64,000 bases of DNA from Epithemia pelagica (Eukaryota > Protista > Bacillariophyta), in NCBI GenBank assembly GCA_946965045.2, contig OX337229.1, positions 5,642,001 through 5,706,000 on the forward strand, in the 5' to 3' direction. The number at the start of each line of letters is the position of its first letter. Position 1 is the first letter of the stretch. The position numbers were made by a program, and so were the translations under genes. The notes beneath the pieces are model-generated. The model searched no databases. It saw only the letters and a program-made list of their open reading frames with translations, and was not told the DNA's origin. Positions 34,525 to 45,315 of the stretch are shown here, one piece after another.

Positions 34525-35042
34525 GTTGCTGGTGACAATCGTGATTGATTGGTTGCTGCTGATACTACTTGGTAGCTCTGGGCGCTTTCCGACCCCTGGA
34601 TGGTGTTTGTTGTTGCGACGATAATAGTGTTTGGTCTTGGGCCATCCACCAACTGCCAAAGACGACAAGAAACAAGAGAAACAAAAGATTTGTGGAGACA
34701 AAAAAGATTCCCTCGTCGTCTCACGCACAGACGGAGCACCTCTTATTCGGTCGCGGATTATTTCCATGCCACTTACACAGTGAAGTCGCGATCTTTGGGC
34801 AAGAACGCGCGAAGCATCACCCATCATTCATGATTGGTTGTTCCATAACGACACAAAAAAGAACACGCAAACGCAACAACAACAAGAGACGACACTCCTC
34901 AACTGCTTCTGGTTTTGAGTTCTCCTTTGGTTTCCCTTCTCTCTTCTGGATTGATTGATTGAGAACTATCATAAAATATACAATCGATAACGGAACCATC
35001 GAAACTCGAACGAAATTCAGTCACAGTCTATAGAGTATCCAC

Positions 35043-35690
35043 ATGATGATGATGAAACCGTGCCGCTCCAAAATGATCAGTCTGCTGCTGCTGGTGTGTC
35101 TGTTTTGTTCCACCAGTCAAGCGTTTTCGGTCCTACCGACGATCACCACAACAAGAGGCGGGGCATCACAACCAAGTTTGGATGGGCGCTTGTACACTTC
35201 TTCGTCGTCCTCCTCGTCAACCACCACGGATCAGCAACAACAGCAAGAGGAGGAAGAAGACGTTTTGCCACCGCACACACCGTCCTTGACGACTTTGGAA
35301 CAAGACGTGTACGACTTTTTTAGTCGTTTGCACGAATCGCGGTACGATTTTCGCATTATTGTCATGGGGACGGACAATGGTGCCATTTTGGAAACCACAG
35401 CCATGCTGGGTCCCACCTTTAAACTCAATGAATCACCCAAATCCGGCAAGGTCTTGTTGACCATGGCGACTGCCGATCAAGACTTTGAATTTCACGTGAC
35501 GCTCTCCTACATTTCCAAGTTGGAATTGGCCGAAAAAGTCAAACCCGATGGCTCGACCCTACGGGTCATGCGCTTTTTGACGCAAACGGACAGTGTCATT
35601 TGTGCCTTGCTCTTGTCGGAACAAACGGACGATGCGGCCGAATTTTTTGCCAGTTTGTTGGAAACCTATGGCGCCGCGTATACCTTTTAA
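35043..35690 (+). CDS. Probable plastid-targeted ChuX/HutX-like (heme-utilisation carrier fold) protein
   Basis: Signal peptide ends SQA-FSV. The mature part (FRIIVMG...AILET...FEFHV...ISKL...RVMRFL...CALLL) resembles the ChuX/HutX beta-barrel pattern by eye. Confidence 0.45.
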   Translation: MMMMKPCRSKMISLLLLVCLFCSTSQAFSVLPTITTTRGGASQPSLDGRLYTSSSSSSSTTTDQQQQQEEEEDVLPPHTPSLTTLEQDVYDFFSRLHESRYDFRIIVMGTDNGAILETTAMLGPTFKLNESPKSGKVLLTMATADQDFEFHVTLSYISKLELAEKVKPDGSTLRVMRFLTQTDSVICALLLSEQTDDAAEFFASLLETYGAAYTF

Positions 35691-35947
35691 GAAAACAAAA
35701 TAACCACACATGAACAAGAAAAGAGAAGAGGTGTCAGAGGCGTTGGACTGAATCCCACCACCTAGCTACAGGTAGGAACTCCATCCTCAAGCGCCACACA
35801 AAACACACGTAAGAAAAACAAAAGATTGCTACTAGAATATTGCTGTAGGTTGGTCGTAGCCCCACTTCGAATTCGAAATACCATTGGACTGCTTCCGAGC
35901 ATGTGCTCGGTAGATTTAAAAGAGTGACTCATCCAAAACCATAGCGC

Positions 35948-37216
35948 TTAGGCATCGTAGGGTGGTGGTGGTGTTCGTCCACACCGTCGAAAGAGGTAGG
36001 CCACTTCGACATCTTTGGTCATGGGGATAATGATATCTCGGTAGACACTTTCAATGACCAAGGGATCGACCTTGACACTTCGTTGTTGTTCTCGTCGATC
36101 TTGGATTCTTGCTTGGTGCTGTTGGTGTTCGTCGTCGTGTCGAATCGTTTCCATGGCGGCCGCGACGGCCGAGGCGGCTGCTGCCGCGACAGTGGAAATA
36201 TCGTCATTGTCACTATTGACCAAAATGGGTTCCGTTCCATAGGTGGTAGCCTTGAGTCGGGCGCGTCGCAAGACTTGGGCTTCCACCACGGAATTGGTCA
36301 AGAGTGCCATGACACCGTCCGCATCGCCTCGATCGACGAGCGTTTGATATTCAAAGGGACTGGACAAGTATTTGGATTCGGCCACAAACTTGCCGTAATG
36401 AATTCTCCGACTGAGCGCTTGCAAGACGGCAATGTCGGCCAAGACGGTCGATCCGTGTTGTTCATCGTCTCCCTTTTCGCACAAGCTGGGACAAATGTCG
36501 TCAATGTATCGTTGCAGCAAGCGTTTGTTGAAATTGACTTGATTGGCAAATCCCACAGACGAGAGCAAATCTTGTGGATACTCGAGGCGCGGCAAGGCGG
36601 CCATGGGCTCGGGCGGCAAGCGTTCCGGGAAAAAGGCGTGCTCTTCCGGGGAGGTATACCGACGCACAGTACTGTGCAAGACTTCGGTGCCCACCAAAAA
36701 GTATTCCAAAAAGGACAATTCCGTGTCGTCCTTGTCACTCGTGTCGTCACTGTCGTCGTTGGTAGTGGGCACCCGACTGCCGGGTGGAATCCCCAACGAG
36801 GATCCAAAGCCTCCCGGTCGATAGACGATGGAGTTTTGACGATATTGGGCTCGTTCAATCAAGGCAAAAATAATGGTTTCCTCTTGTCGAATCAAGGTAT
36901 TGCGAATCGAATTCAAGGACAAGATATCGACCGTTTTGACATTCAAGTCGTCGTCATTGTCGTTGTTGTGCTCCACCTTATTCTTTGGGTGGTGATCGCC
37001 ATTAATGGTGGAACCATTGGTCGAATCGTCCACTTCCACCAAGAATGGTTTGCTCCAACACACTGTGGCGGGAAGAGATGGTCGTGGTGGTTGTGGTTGT
37101 GATGAATGTTGTTGTGGTTGCTTGGGTGAGGAATTCCATTGGGCAAACGCCATGCTTTGTCCAACTGCCACAATTGTTGCTACCAAAGCAAGTCGAAGTA
37201 GAACGATTCGCACCAT
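35948..37216 (-). CDS. Chorismate mutase (eukaryotic AroQ type), probable plastid presequence
   Basis: Motifs LSLNSIRNTLIRQEETIIFALIERAQY, RRYTSPEEHAFF, LQALSRRIHYGKFVAESKY and IIPMTKDVEVAYL. Signal peptide ends SMA-FAQ. Confidence 0.93.
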   Translation of the reverse strand: MVRIVLLRLALVATIVAVGQSMAFAQWNSSPKQPQQHSSQPQPPRPSLPATVCWSKPFLVEVDDSTNGSTINGDHHPKNKVEHNNDNDDDLNVKTVDILSLNSIRNTLIRQEETIIFALIERAQYRQNSIVYRPGGFGSSLGIPPGSRVPTTNDDSDDTSDKDDTELSFLEYFLVGTEVLHSTVRRYTSPEEHAFFPERLPPEPMAALPRLEYPQDLLSSVGFANQVNFNKRLLQRYIDDICPSLCEKGDDEQHGSTVLADIAVLQALSRRIHYGKFVAESKYLSSPFEYQTLVDRGDADGVMALLTNSVVEAQVLRRARLKATTYGTEPILVNSDNDDISTVAAAAASAVAAAMETIRHDDEHQQHQARIQDRREQQRSVKVDPLVIESVYRDIIIPMTKDVEVAYLFRRCGRTPPPPYDA

Positions 37217-38000
37217 GGCGTTGGTTGCTCCAACGACAGAGAGAGACAGAGAGGAATGAAGGGAGATGCGTCGTATGGAGAGAGCAACGAGCCAACAAGC
37301 AACAAGTGCAATGCGTTTCCCGATCTGAGAGATCGTGGTCACGAAGACGACACAAGATTTGTGTGTCTAATGTTGTAAGTTGAAAGTTGAAACATGCATC
37401 TTGATCATTCGTCACTCTCCTCTCCGATTCCGATCGATGTCTTGATAGAGGTGGTGATGGCCCGCGCTCTTTCCACCCGCGACCACTTTCAAGGCACCGT
37501 TTGCGCGTCGCATCGGATCGTGTGTTCTTTCTGTTCGTTTGCATGTTTTGGAGAATGTCCGAGTGTTGTCCGGCGTTCGGACCTCCGGGTTTCCATGGAT
37601 AATACGGGATTCAAAATTGGGTCCCGTTTTATCGTACGTGTTGCGCGCCAGCCATCCTCGGGGAGTCACGAGTGACTTAAATTTGGGACTACACTAGAGG
37701 TAGTCGAGATCGAACAACCCAACACCAACACCGACGATACAGGTACGGATAGAGAGAAGGACAAACCAAAGAATTTGGCGCTCTCTCTGCTCTCTATTAC
37801 ACTGATTACTGCATGCTGTCTGTATTGCTCAAGAATTTATTGGCTGAAGTTGTATTTTTGGTGGTGTTATCGTCCAAGCTGCGGTGTCGAGCCTCCACCA
37901 ATCTGTCCTGGGATCCCCAAACTTGGCACCGTTGTCTCTGATACACACGATCAGCAAAGGCTGGTGCAAACAATACTAGAGAACTCTACTTCAAAGACGA

Positions 38001-40004
38001 ATGCGGCCTTCTCTTGTTCCCCCCATGGATCCACGGCAGGTCGACGCAACAACCCACAATTCTTCAGTATTGTTGCTCCACCATCACAAGGACCGTGCGG
38101 CAACAACAACAACAGAGATTGACCACACTCACGACGCTGCTTCTTGTTGCTCGTCTACTGCTACTACTACTAGTCCTCCTCCAACCATGGCTCCATCGTC
38201 GTGCAGTTCCACAACCACCGTTACAGAGTGGAGACGGATTACACCCAAAGCCAATCGCCCCTTGCACCATAGCAACAACAACAACAATCCCAAACCACAA
38301 AGCAGCCACTCCTCTGCTGGAGGACGAGCGGTTCGAACTGCGTCCTGCATGAGTTTACAACCGCAACCGCTTCGAAGACAAGCGGCAAAGAGTGGTCGCA
38401 AGGCCCCCCAAAGCCAAACCAGAGACGATGAAGCAGAACAACAACAAGACAATTCTTCACAAGGCGACGACGACGAAGAGAAACAAGCCGATGATCATGA
38501 TGACAAGAAGCAAAGATTTACCACAGCAGCAGCCTTGACTCTTTCTCTTGCCTCTCCTTCGAGTGGCAACAACAAACCCATTCGAAGAATAACACATGCC
38601 TCCTCTCATTCACCCATGTCGTCGTCGGTGTTGTCTCCATCATCGTCTTCTTCTTCGAACAAACATTTTTGGGGTTACGATTCGGATTTGGTCTTCAAGT
38701 TTGTTTGTTGCTTTGCGGGCTTACAAGTCTTTTATTTGAGTGGTGCCTATTTGCAAGAATTGATCATGACGACGGAATTTCAACCAACTCCTCGCAATCC
38801 CCAAGGCCGTTTTCCCTCTGCCACCTTTTGTGTCTTTTTGAACCGTTGTGTGGCCTTGACGGTGGCCTTGGTGGCCGTTCGTCTTCGACACGGCGCCTTT
38901 TATCACAACAATACGGCACCGGCCGCCATTTTTATTCCCTGTGCCCTCTCCAATACGGGCAGCAGTGTTTGTCAATACGCCTCGCTCAAATATGTCAGCT
39001 TTCCTCTCATGACCGTCTTTAAAAGTTGTACCATTATCCCCGTCATGATTATGGGATATCTCATCAAGGGAACAACCTACCCCCTCTCGCGCTTTGTCGA
39101 AGCTGCCTTGATTACGACGGGAGTGGCTCTGTTTTCCATGAGTAACCAGGAGGAACCAGACCCGACGGCGGCGCACGAGGACGAGGGTTCTTCTGCTGCT
39201 TCTACTACGAGTACGACCATGACGGCCTCCTTCATGGGCATGACCTTGTTGGTTTCCTATGTGATTTTGGATTCCTTTACGACCCAATGGCAACACAAGA
39301 TTTATTCCATGTATGGACGCGACCATGTCGATCCCTATCAAATGATGTTGGGTGTCGATTCGATTGCCATTTTCTTTACAACGGCCAGTTTGCTGGCGTC
39401 TGGAGAAGTCCCCTTGGTCCTGGAATTTTTGGAAACCAATCCGCACGTGCTCGTGTACAATCTCTTGTGTCCCATCTTGTCCACCTGTGGACAATTGTGT
39501 ATTTTTTATACCATTCAAGAATTTGGACCCATTGTGTTTACCGTGATCATGACGACACGCAAACTCTTTTCCATTGCCATTTCCTCCATTGTCTTTGGAC
39601 ATTCGATTCGTCCCTGGGCGGCCATGGGAGGCTTTTTGGTATTGGGTGCCATTGGCAATGGTGTCCATCGCATGTGCCTGGACCAGAAACACAAGCAACA
39701 GCAACAACAGCAGCAGCAACAACAAAATGACAATGTGGTCTTGTTTTCGGCCGCCGTGGATAAAAAGAAATTGGATGAGGAAGAATCGACCATGAACGGA
39801 GACGCAGCAGCCGCCGCAGCCGCCGCAGCCGCAGTTGTGGAACTGAGCAAACACGACGGACCCAACAAGAGAAGTGGGTGGATGTACCAAACGAACATGA
39901 CGACGCCCATGGTCAAGGAACGAACACAACGTCCAGATGTGGAAGTGGCACTCTTGTCTCCCACCACCCCTTCCAGCAGTCCACCACCGTCGTTGGGTGT
40001 CTAG
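38001..40004 (+). CDS. UAA-family nucleotide-sugar/PAPS transporter (SLC35B2-like) with low-complexity N- and C-terminal extensions
   Basis: Motifs CQYASLKYVSFP, FKSCTIIPVMIMG, DSFTTQWQHKIY, GQLCIFYTIQEFGP and IMTTRKLFSI; about 10 TM helices. Confidence 0.88.
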   Translation: MRPSLVPPMDPRQVDATTHNSSVLLLHHHKDRAATTTTEIDHTHDAASCCSSTATTTSPPPTMAPSSCSSTTTVTEWRRITPKANRPLHHSNNNNNPKPQSSHSSAGGRAVRTASCMSLQPQPLRRQAAKSGRKAPQSQTRDDEAEQQQDNSSQGDDDEEKQADDHDDKKQRFTTAAALTLSLASPSSGNNKPIRRITHASSHSPMSSSVLSPSSSSSSNKHFWGYDSDLVFKFVCCFAGLQVFYLSGAYLQELIMTTEFQPTPRNPQGRFPSATFCVFLNRCVALTVALVAVRLRHGAFYHNNTAPAAIFIPCALSNTGSSVCQYASLKYVSFPLMTVFKSCTIIPVMIMGYLIKGTTYPLSRFVEAALITTGVALFSMSNQEEPDPTAAHEDEGSSAASTTSTTMTASFMGMTLLVSYVILDSFTTQWQHKIYSMYGRDHVDPYQMMLGVDSIAIFFTTASLLASGEVPLVLEFLETNPHVLVYNLLCPILSTCGQLCIFYTIQEFGPIVFTVIMTTRKLFSIAISSIVFGHSIRPWAAMGGFLVLGAIGNGVHRMCLDQKHKQQQQQQQQQQNDNVVLFSAAVDKKKLDEEESTMNGDAAAAAAAAAAVVELSKHDGPNKRSGWMYQTNMTTPMVKERTQRPDVEVALLSPTTPSSSPPPSLGV

Positions 40005-40564
40005 GAACACAAGTGACACGAGTTTTGTGGGAAATCATCATGAGGATGAACATGCCTGTTGTTAATGGCATGCCTCTATGGGCTGGTACCGACGAACATC
40101 GTTCGAGTTCCAACCAGAGTTTCGAGCGTTTTCTCATGACAAGTCATTCTTCGACTTGAAGTTTTAAATATTCATGACGGAAGAACAAGAGTGCTGGCCG
40201 AACTCTCTCGTTGCAGCCGACTCACTCGTACTCTACGGGTGTGGAAAAAGACGACAAGCTTGCTCTCCATCAATAACAGCTAGATGAAGTAGAAGCAAGG
40301 ATCGATATCAAACGAGTCCCTACGTCAATTCTGTTGGAGGTAGTGTATTAGGAGTAGGAGTAGAACCAAGGGAGCAACCACCTATGCCACATTCCTTGCT
40401 AGGAGTCGACTGACATGCGCCACTCTCGTGCGACCGATCTGGTCTTCTTTCGGTCGCTCATAATGAGGTGTCCTCGTGGCACGAGTACGACCAACACACA
40501 CATTTTGCAACATGTCATTTCTCATTTTCTTCTCTTCAAACTTCAAATAGAGAACGACTTCACC

Positions 40565-41677
40565 ATGGGATCATCCTCAATTCTTGCTCATGTACTGATC
40601 CTTTACACGCTACTTCTTCCATTCGGTAGGAGCTTTCAGTATCCACGACAATTCTTTTCACCACTTCATTCAAGGCAGCAAGCTGTTGTCTGGACCCAAA
40701 GAACTCATGTTCACCATGCTGGCTGTGATTCGTTTCAAGATAACAAGAGCGACGCTGACGGCGGAATCAACAACAATGACAATCTCCCACTGGAAACTCC
40801 AGACACTCGACGACAAGCGTTAGGAAAGCTGACAAGAACTGTACTGGGAACCGCCTTCGGCACAGCATTGACACTTGGAGAACTTGTCCAATCCCCAGAA
40901 ACAGCGAGTGCCTATGATCGAGCCTACCCAACGGAACTGGTGGAACCTGAATTGGGGAGCATTCAAGATGGTCGTGAACGGGCATTGGAGCGAGTTCGAG
41001 AAAAGGAAGCCAAGCGAGTATCGCGTCTCGAGTTGGGACCAGGCTACAAGCCCCTCAGTTCCTTGTTGTGGGGAGCCGTCTTGTGGCTATGGTCCGGCAG
41101 TCGCTCCAATCCAGTGGTAACGCCCTTGGCCAACCTTGTGTTTGATTCCGAAAAGGAAGATTGGCTCAAGGATCGCAATGATGGTTTGTTTGCCGATCTT
41201 CCCTTTACTCTGTACGCACTTTTGACCGTAGTCTTTGTTGCCGCTGGCTTTGCCCTGGACTCGGTGTTGGTTGTCTTGACGGAAGGCGACCGGAACGTGG
41301 CACTCCAATTGGCGGGAGTTTGTTTGATTAGTGGTGCCGCCTTGGAAATTGGTCGCATTGCCAGTGGACAAAAGAAACAAACGCGCGATGAATTCAATCG
41401 ATCGGATCAATTGGAACAAGAATTTGCCGAGTTTGCCGAAAATCGTCTCGTACCCGGTGGCAATGTTCATCGGAGTGAGGTGGTCAAATCCTTTCGTCGA
41501 TACTTTGCCAAATACCGTGCGGCCGACAGTGAGGAATATCCACTGGGGGACTTGGAAATTGAACAGTTGCTCCGAGCCTGGAGTAAACAGCAGCCCAACA
41601 AGGTGGAACGAAGTCAAGCCGGTTTTTACAGTGGAATTCAGATCAATCGGGATGCCGATGTCTTCGTGCAACGATGA
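40565..41677 (+). CDS. Hypothetical membrane protein with probable plastid plus thylakoid (twin-arginine-like) targeting
   Basis: Signal peptide ends GRS-FQY. Later TRRQALG...hydrophobic...TASA-YD. Three TM segments and a helical C-terminus. Confidence 0.7.
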   Translation: MGSSSILAHVLILYTLLLPFGRSFQYPRQFFSPLHSRQQAVVWTQRTHVHHAGCDSFQDNKSDADGGINNNDNLPLETPDTRRQALGKLTRTVLGTAFGTALTLGELVQSPETASAYDRAYPTELVEPELGSIQDGRERALERVREKEAKRVSRLELGPGYKPLSSLLWGAVLWLWSGSRSNPVVTPLANLVFDSEKEDWLKDRNDGLFADLPFTLYALLTVVFVAAGFALDSVLVVLTEGDRNVALQLAGVCLISGAALEIGRIASGQKKQTRDEFNRSDQLEQEFAEFAENRLVPGGNVHRSEVVKSFRRYFAKYRAADSEEYPLGDLEIEQLLRAWSKQQPNKVERSQAGFYSGIQINRDADVFVQR

Positions 41678-42350
41678 CTTGAAAGAAGAGAGAAGTTTTT
41701 GGATTCGTCAACTCCACGTGACTGGGATTCACACAGCCACGGAAATCGAGATTCTCTTTGTTTTACAGCTCGCTTCGATTCCATCAACGTTTGGATGGGA
41801 GTGGTCGGGGCCTGCTCCAAGTTCTCTACTGTGCAAGAAATGTCGAATGACCAGACACCCCTTTGTGGCACTTTACTAAATTATTATCTAGTTGATATGA
41901 GTGGTCATAGCAGTCGTTCTTTCACAATTCGATACCGCTAACATTCGGCTGTCTCTGTCACGAGCTCCCTCCAACAAGGGTGAGGAATGTCTGCGTTTGC
42001 CGGTCGGGTAGGCTTGATGTGGAACTTGGCCACACAAAAGCTTCGTCCTGGAGGAATGAGCCATGTCATGGATCGACACGTTGCATCTCCATTGTTCAGG
42101 ACCTTTTCGGTCTTTTACAAACTCAACGCTGGAAAATGTCGCAAAACGTGTATCAACCAAGTTGTTGTTTGATGGGAGTTGGTCGGATCTGTAGCTTTGA
42201 CTGGAAACAGGATTGGCAAACAAACCATTGACAGCAGTCGGTGACAAGAAAAAACGTTGACAGCAAAAGGGGTTCCTCCCATTCATGCTCTGCTCTCCAT
42301 TGTATGCATGGGAGTGTTTTTCCACGCCACGACAATTGCCGTTTCGCGCA

Positions 42351-43043
42351 TCACTTTTTGGCACCCAACTGGTAGAGATAAATGGGCCATGCTGTCATGG
42401 GTTGATGCGGAACCGAAATCTTGTCCACTCGAATGGGTACTTCATCGGGTAGTGGTGCCATGTACGTCACGACATACAGGCCCTGTTTGTCACGTTTCCA
42501 TTGTTGTTGTTGGAGGTTTAAAGGATTTTCTTGTGCTGATTCGGTGGGCAATGGCAGTTTGCTTCGTTCCGAGGAGACTTGTAATAACAAGGGTTTGATG
42601 ATTCGCAATCCTCGTGGAATCAAGTACAAGAAAAGAATGGTGGCATTCTGAAACAATTCGGGGGAGTCCAAGGCATTGGCACAATAAAAGGACACTGGGA
42701 GTTGTGCATGAATTTCACCCTGTTGACGTGCCTGTTGCAAAGCCGATTGCGCTTGTTCGATGCGAGCAGCGTCAATATCAATTCCCACAAAGGAAGGAAA
42801 CGATACTGCTGTTGATTCTGTGTTGTTTGTAGCGTCACGGCTCAATGATTTTTGTGCTTGTTCTTGTTGTTGCTGCATTGAGGAATAGGCCTTGGCCCAT
42901 TGAAGGATACATCGACCATCTCCACATCCAATATCACACACTTGATCCTGCGACGTCAAGGTGGAAAACTCGGGGATCTTGTGAATCACATGGTCCATGA
43001 CCGCATCCGGTGTACTCCACAAGGTCTTGCGAGGGGCTAACAT
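42351..43043 (-). CDS. Class I SAM-dependent methyltransferase (FAM173/ATPSCKMT-like)
   Basis: Motifs WSTPDAVM, VCDIGCGDGR, VGIDID, NATILFLYL and VVTY. Confidence 0.8.
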   Translation of the reverse strand: MLAPRKTLWSTPDAVMDHVIHKIPEFSTLTSQDQVCDIGCGDGRCILQWAKAYSSMQQQQEQAQKSLSRDATNNTESTAVSFPSFVGIDIDAARIEQAQSALQQARQQGEIHAQLPVSFYCANALDSPELFQNATILFLYLIPRGLRIIKPLLLQVSSERSKLPLPTESAQENPLNLQQQQWKRDKQGLYVVTYMAPLPDEVPIRVDKISVPHQPMTAWPIYLYQLGAKK

Positions 43044-43407
43044 ATCGTCAGTACGGAAGCTCGTCTATTGTCGTGTTTTGGTTCTTGCGCGTTTGTAATT
43101 GTTGTCTGTTGCATCTACGCATCAATTGACGATAGAAAAGAGTCCAATGCCAATGACGCCTCAAGTTTCTTCGTAAGGTCTGAGGTCGTGGTTTGGTAGC
43201 TCGAAGAAGAATGAGACCTTAGAGCAGGTAGCTACCATAGAGGTATTGTATGCCTTTATTTCAGCTAGGAGTACTACTCTCCTACTCCTAGCGACGAAGA
43301 AACGTTCCTAGCTAGGAGTATGATGGAGTCCGAACATACAAGTATACATTTCAAGAGATGATATTCCATCATCCAGGTCCACAACACAAGAAACGCTACT
43401 CACTTCT

Positions 43408-45007
43408 CTAATATCGTGGCATGGAAGGATCCACGTCTTGTTGCCATCTCAAAATACCACCCTTTAGATTGTACAAGCGTTGCGGATCGACTCCTTGTTC
43501 CAATAATCGATCACAGGCCTTTTGGCCTCGAACACCAGCTTTGCAATACACGAGGACATCGCCCGAGTGGGGTACATCGTGCACGCGGACCGTTCGATGC
43601 GGTGCGACACGATCGGTAAAGGGCAAGGCGACAATGTCATGTTCCGTCGGTAATCGGACATCCAACACCCACGGACACCATCCATCCTTGAGTTTGTCCA
43701 TGACATCTTTGGGTTCAATCGAATGAAAGGTGGTATTTGGTACTTCCCCATTGACGACGGGAAGAGAAGTTTCGTCTTCGTCCATGGTACGTCCCCCGAT
43801 AGAAGAAGAAGCTACACTGTCGGTGTTTGCTGGTTCTTGTTGCGTCTGTGGTCCTCCACAAAACCCCTTGTAGTCAATGAGCTCCGTAATTGGTTCACGT
43901 TCGGTATCCTTTTCCAAGCCCATTTCACTAAACTTCATTTTTAGAGCATCAAAGACGAGCACACGTCCACTGCACACTCCGTCATCCTCGTCGTGATCTT
44001 TTGTGCCAAGGTCCGACAGGAGCATTTTGATTGCTTCCGTCGCCTGGAGGCATCCCATGGTACCGGGCAAGACACCAAGGACACCGCCTTCGGCACAACT
44101 GGGAACATCGCCGGGAGGTGGTGGAGTGGGCAACAAGTCTCGATAATCCGGTCCACCTTTCCACTGAAAGACGGACAATTGTCCTTCAAAGGCCAAAATG
44201 GCCGAATAAATCCAAGGAACCTCAAGAATGGCACAAGCATCGCTGGGAAAATGACAAGTGTTTACAAACGACGAGAGAGAGAGAGACGGGCACAACAACA
44301 ACAACCAGAGAGCAAGATTCGCCGTGTGAAAATGCATGAGTCAGCAAAGAGAGAGCTTTTTCATCTCAGTGGCAACCATCCAAATGCGCAGTGTGTCGTT
44401 CTTACTTGATCAAATACTTTGTAGGAAAATTATCGCTTCCGTCGACTACCAAATCGTAGGGCCGTCCTGGTTCAAAGCCATTACCGAGAATCTCCAGGGC
44501 CGTTTGCGAGGTGAATTCGGTTTCATAGGTTCGCACCAGAACAAACGGATTAATGTCGAGAATCCGTTGTTGGGCCGATTCACATTTGGTCTGCCCGACC
44601 GTACTAGTCCCATGAATGATTTGTCGTTGCAAATTGGAAGCATCGACCGTATCGGCATCGACAATGCCCACATGGCCGACACCGGCGGCGGCGAGATAGA
44701 GCAAACAGGGTGATCCCAAACCACCGGCACCCACGATGAGAACAGAGGAATTTTTCAGTTTGCGTTGACCGGCCATGCCCACATCCGACAAGACCAAATG
44801 TCGACTGTACCGAGCAATTTCGTCTCGGGAAAGATCCTCCGATTCATGATTGGAGGATGAGGCTGCAGACAAGAGAGTTTCCCTCACGTCATGAGCCAAT
44901 GTGTGTTGCAGTCTCTCGTGGCGATGCCTTGATGATAAGAAAAAGGAATTTCCATTGTGAATTGAAACAAGAAGAAAAAGTAACCTGACAACCATTGTCT
45001 CATTCAT
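43408..45007 (-). CDS. MoeB/ThiF adenylyltransferase-rhodanese fusion (MoeZ-like) with N-terminal signal peptide; 2 exons
   Basis: Exons 45007-44406 and 44242-43408. Motifs RYSRHL, GAGGLG, SNLQRQ, DGSDNFPTKYLINDAC and PSCAEGGVLGVLPG. Rhodanese VYCKAGVRG. Confidence 0.9.
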
Positions 45008-45315
45008 CTTCACCGGTTCATGGTCGACCAAATCTGCGTACGATGAGCGTGTTTGGATTGGCGCGGAGCAATCGGAAGTGTGTGACGTGGACGCAGGCTC
45101 GTTGGGTAGCTGGGGTAGAGATAGAGATAGAGGAGTTTCTTTGACTTTGACCCTCCTATTTCATCATCCTCATCATCATTCCGTCCTCCTATTCCAATCT
45201 AATCATGCACGCCTCATTCCTCGCCGAAGTCAAAGAGTATCAAATGCCCCATTGTGAGATCCCCTAATTTACACTACTGAACCACATGATTTCGCAATCC
45301 ATTTCCTTTGCTCTA

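Noticed and set aside
36083-37102. 339-aa plus-strand ORF
   Set aside because: Antisense shadow of chorismate mutase.
38721-40019. 432-aa antisense ORF
   Set aside because: Shadow ORF opposite the SLC35B-type transporter, with no independent motifs.
41888-42364. 158-aa minus-strand ORF downstream of the methyltransferase
   Set aside because: No motif, and it overlaps the neighbouring stop region; support is insufficient.
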